A DNA stretch of 64,000 nt from an uncultured bacterium (GTDB taxonomy: Bacteria; Hydrothermota; UBA3072): assembly GCA_964418485.1 (NCBI GenBank), contig CAYQMH010000004.1, positions 2,173-66,172 on the forward strand, in the 5' to 3' direction. The position numbers were made by a program, and so were the translations under genes. The notes beneath the pieces were generated by a model. That model had not been told where the DNA came from. It worked only from the letters and a program-made list of their open reading frames with translations, and did not search any database. Positions 63,363 through 64,000 of the stretch are shown piece after piece. Numbering within the stretch: the first letter of the stretch is position 1; each line of letters starts with the position of its first letter.

Positions 63363-64000
63363 TTAATATCTTATATGTTTGATAGTACCGAAAGAGCCGC
63401 AACTATTACATTTCCAGCTAAATTCTTCAGTTTCGTTACTACATTTAGAACATTTAAATAATTTTCTTTTATCCATCATGGTTTTGATTTTTGTAAGATA
63501 CTCGGAAACCATTTTATCGTCTATATCATTGGAAATAATAGCTATTGACAGGAGAATATTGTAATTATTCAAATTGAAGTTTTTTAAAGACTCTTCGAGA
63601 ATTTCCTTTGCTTTTGCTATTTGGCCTCTTTTTTTAAGTATTGAGATATAGGACGCGAGTATATATATATTATCAGGATTTTTTTCAAATTTGCTTTTTA
63701 AATAAGGTTCAAGAACCCCGAATTGTCCTTCTTCGAACATGTATTCTTCAAGTAAAGGAAGATATAAATGCGCTTTGCCCGGATCGATAGATATACTCTT
63801 TTTAATATATTCAAGTCCCTCGCTCTCATCTCCTTCAGAGATCAAAAGTTTTCCGTGTAAATAATAGGCGTATGATATATTTCCTTTTTCTCCGATTGAA
63901 ATGAATTTATTCGTTTTTTTATTATCCTTTTTTAAAACTTCACAAGCGAGGTAAGTCGCATAGTGAGCAAGCTTCTCTGTATCGAAAGCTTTTTTGGCAA
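63363..64000 (-). CDS. TPR-repeat protein with C-terminal CxxC..CxxC zinc ribbon (5' end beyond the window)
   Basis: ORF is open to the window edge; TPR-like helices; 'FKCSKCSNETEEFSWKCNSCGSFG'. Confidence 0.6.
   Translation of the reverse strand, partial: AKKAFDTEKLAHYATYLACEVLKKDNKKTNKFISIGEKGNISYAYYLHGKLLISEGDESEGLEYIKKSISIDPGKAHLYLPLLEEYMFEEGQFGVLEPYLKSKFEKNPDNIYILASYISILKKRGQIAKAKEILEESLKNFNLNNYNILLSIAIISNDIDDKMVSEYLTKIKTMMDKRKLFKCSKCSNETEEFSWKCNSCGSFGTIKHIRY

Noticed and set aside
1-64000. tRNA genes
   Set aside because: I scanned for T-arm consensus (GGTTCGAATCC and variants) and cloverleaf-like ~75-nt segments in intergenic regions and found none that could be supported.

Overview
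This is a low-GC bacterial chromosomal window, about 64 kb, with a housekeeping backbone and several small accessory insertions. Two promoters (upstream of rnpB and carA) fit the Bacteroidetes/FCB-type TTG-N19-TAnnTTTG pattern, which would place the organism in the Fibrobacteres-Chlorobi-Bacteroidetes (FCB) group.

**Core genes, left to right:**
- A type IV pilus module: pilT, pilC, a PilS-like sensor kinase and a sigma54-dependent PilR-like regulator, followed by a GWxTD-domain protein.
- cobB, prfA, prmC, nadK, recN, a CPBP protease, carA and carB, asnA.
- A conserved minus-strand block: rplM, rpsI, rpsB, tsf, pyrH, frr, uppS, cdsA, dxr, rseP.
- ispF, nagB, uvrC, mutS, plus TPR, SPOR and large hypothetical proteins.

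**RNA features:**
- An RNase P RNA (rnpB, plus strand, about 34048-34363).
- A 5S rRNA gene that stands alone on the minus strand (about 21871-21986), with no 16S or 23S nearby.
- A cobalamin riboswitch (minus strand, about 24490-24660). It precedes a small membrane protein with no canonical start codon and a BtuB-like TonB-dependent receptor.

**Accessory content:**
- A roughly 1.7 kb insertion after asnA carries a DUF2294 pseudogene and a homocitrate/isopropylmalate-synthase-like gene. It is flanked by a diverged duplicate of the asnA 3' end, and most differences between the two copies are synonymous.
- A hicAB-containing islet lies next to the 5S gene.
- A roughly 5 kb defence-like island (about 42.75-47.9 kb) encodes a secreted HExxH protein, an Abi-like HEPN protein, an apparently new Cys-rich domain fused to a DUF559 PD-(D/E)xK nuclease, and an MNT/HEPN pair.

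**Most striking signal:**
A dispersed family of composite, oriented repeats fills nearly every intergenic region. Each copy combines tandem 9-10 bp units (xxCACAGAG, xxCACAAAG and their reverse complements) with a C-rich core (CCCAYCMCC, then AAATTATT), often a CTAAGGCACGAAG module, and a perfectly conserved 23-nt motif ATAGGACGCAGATGAACGCAGAT that occurs three times. These elements are not CRISPR and not classic REP hairpins; I cannot tie them to any mobile element or RNA family that I know.
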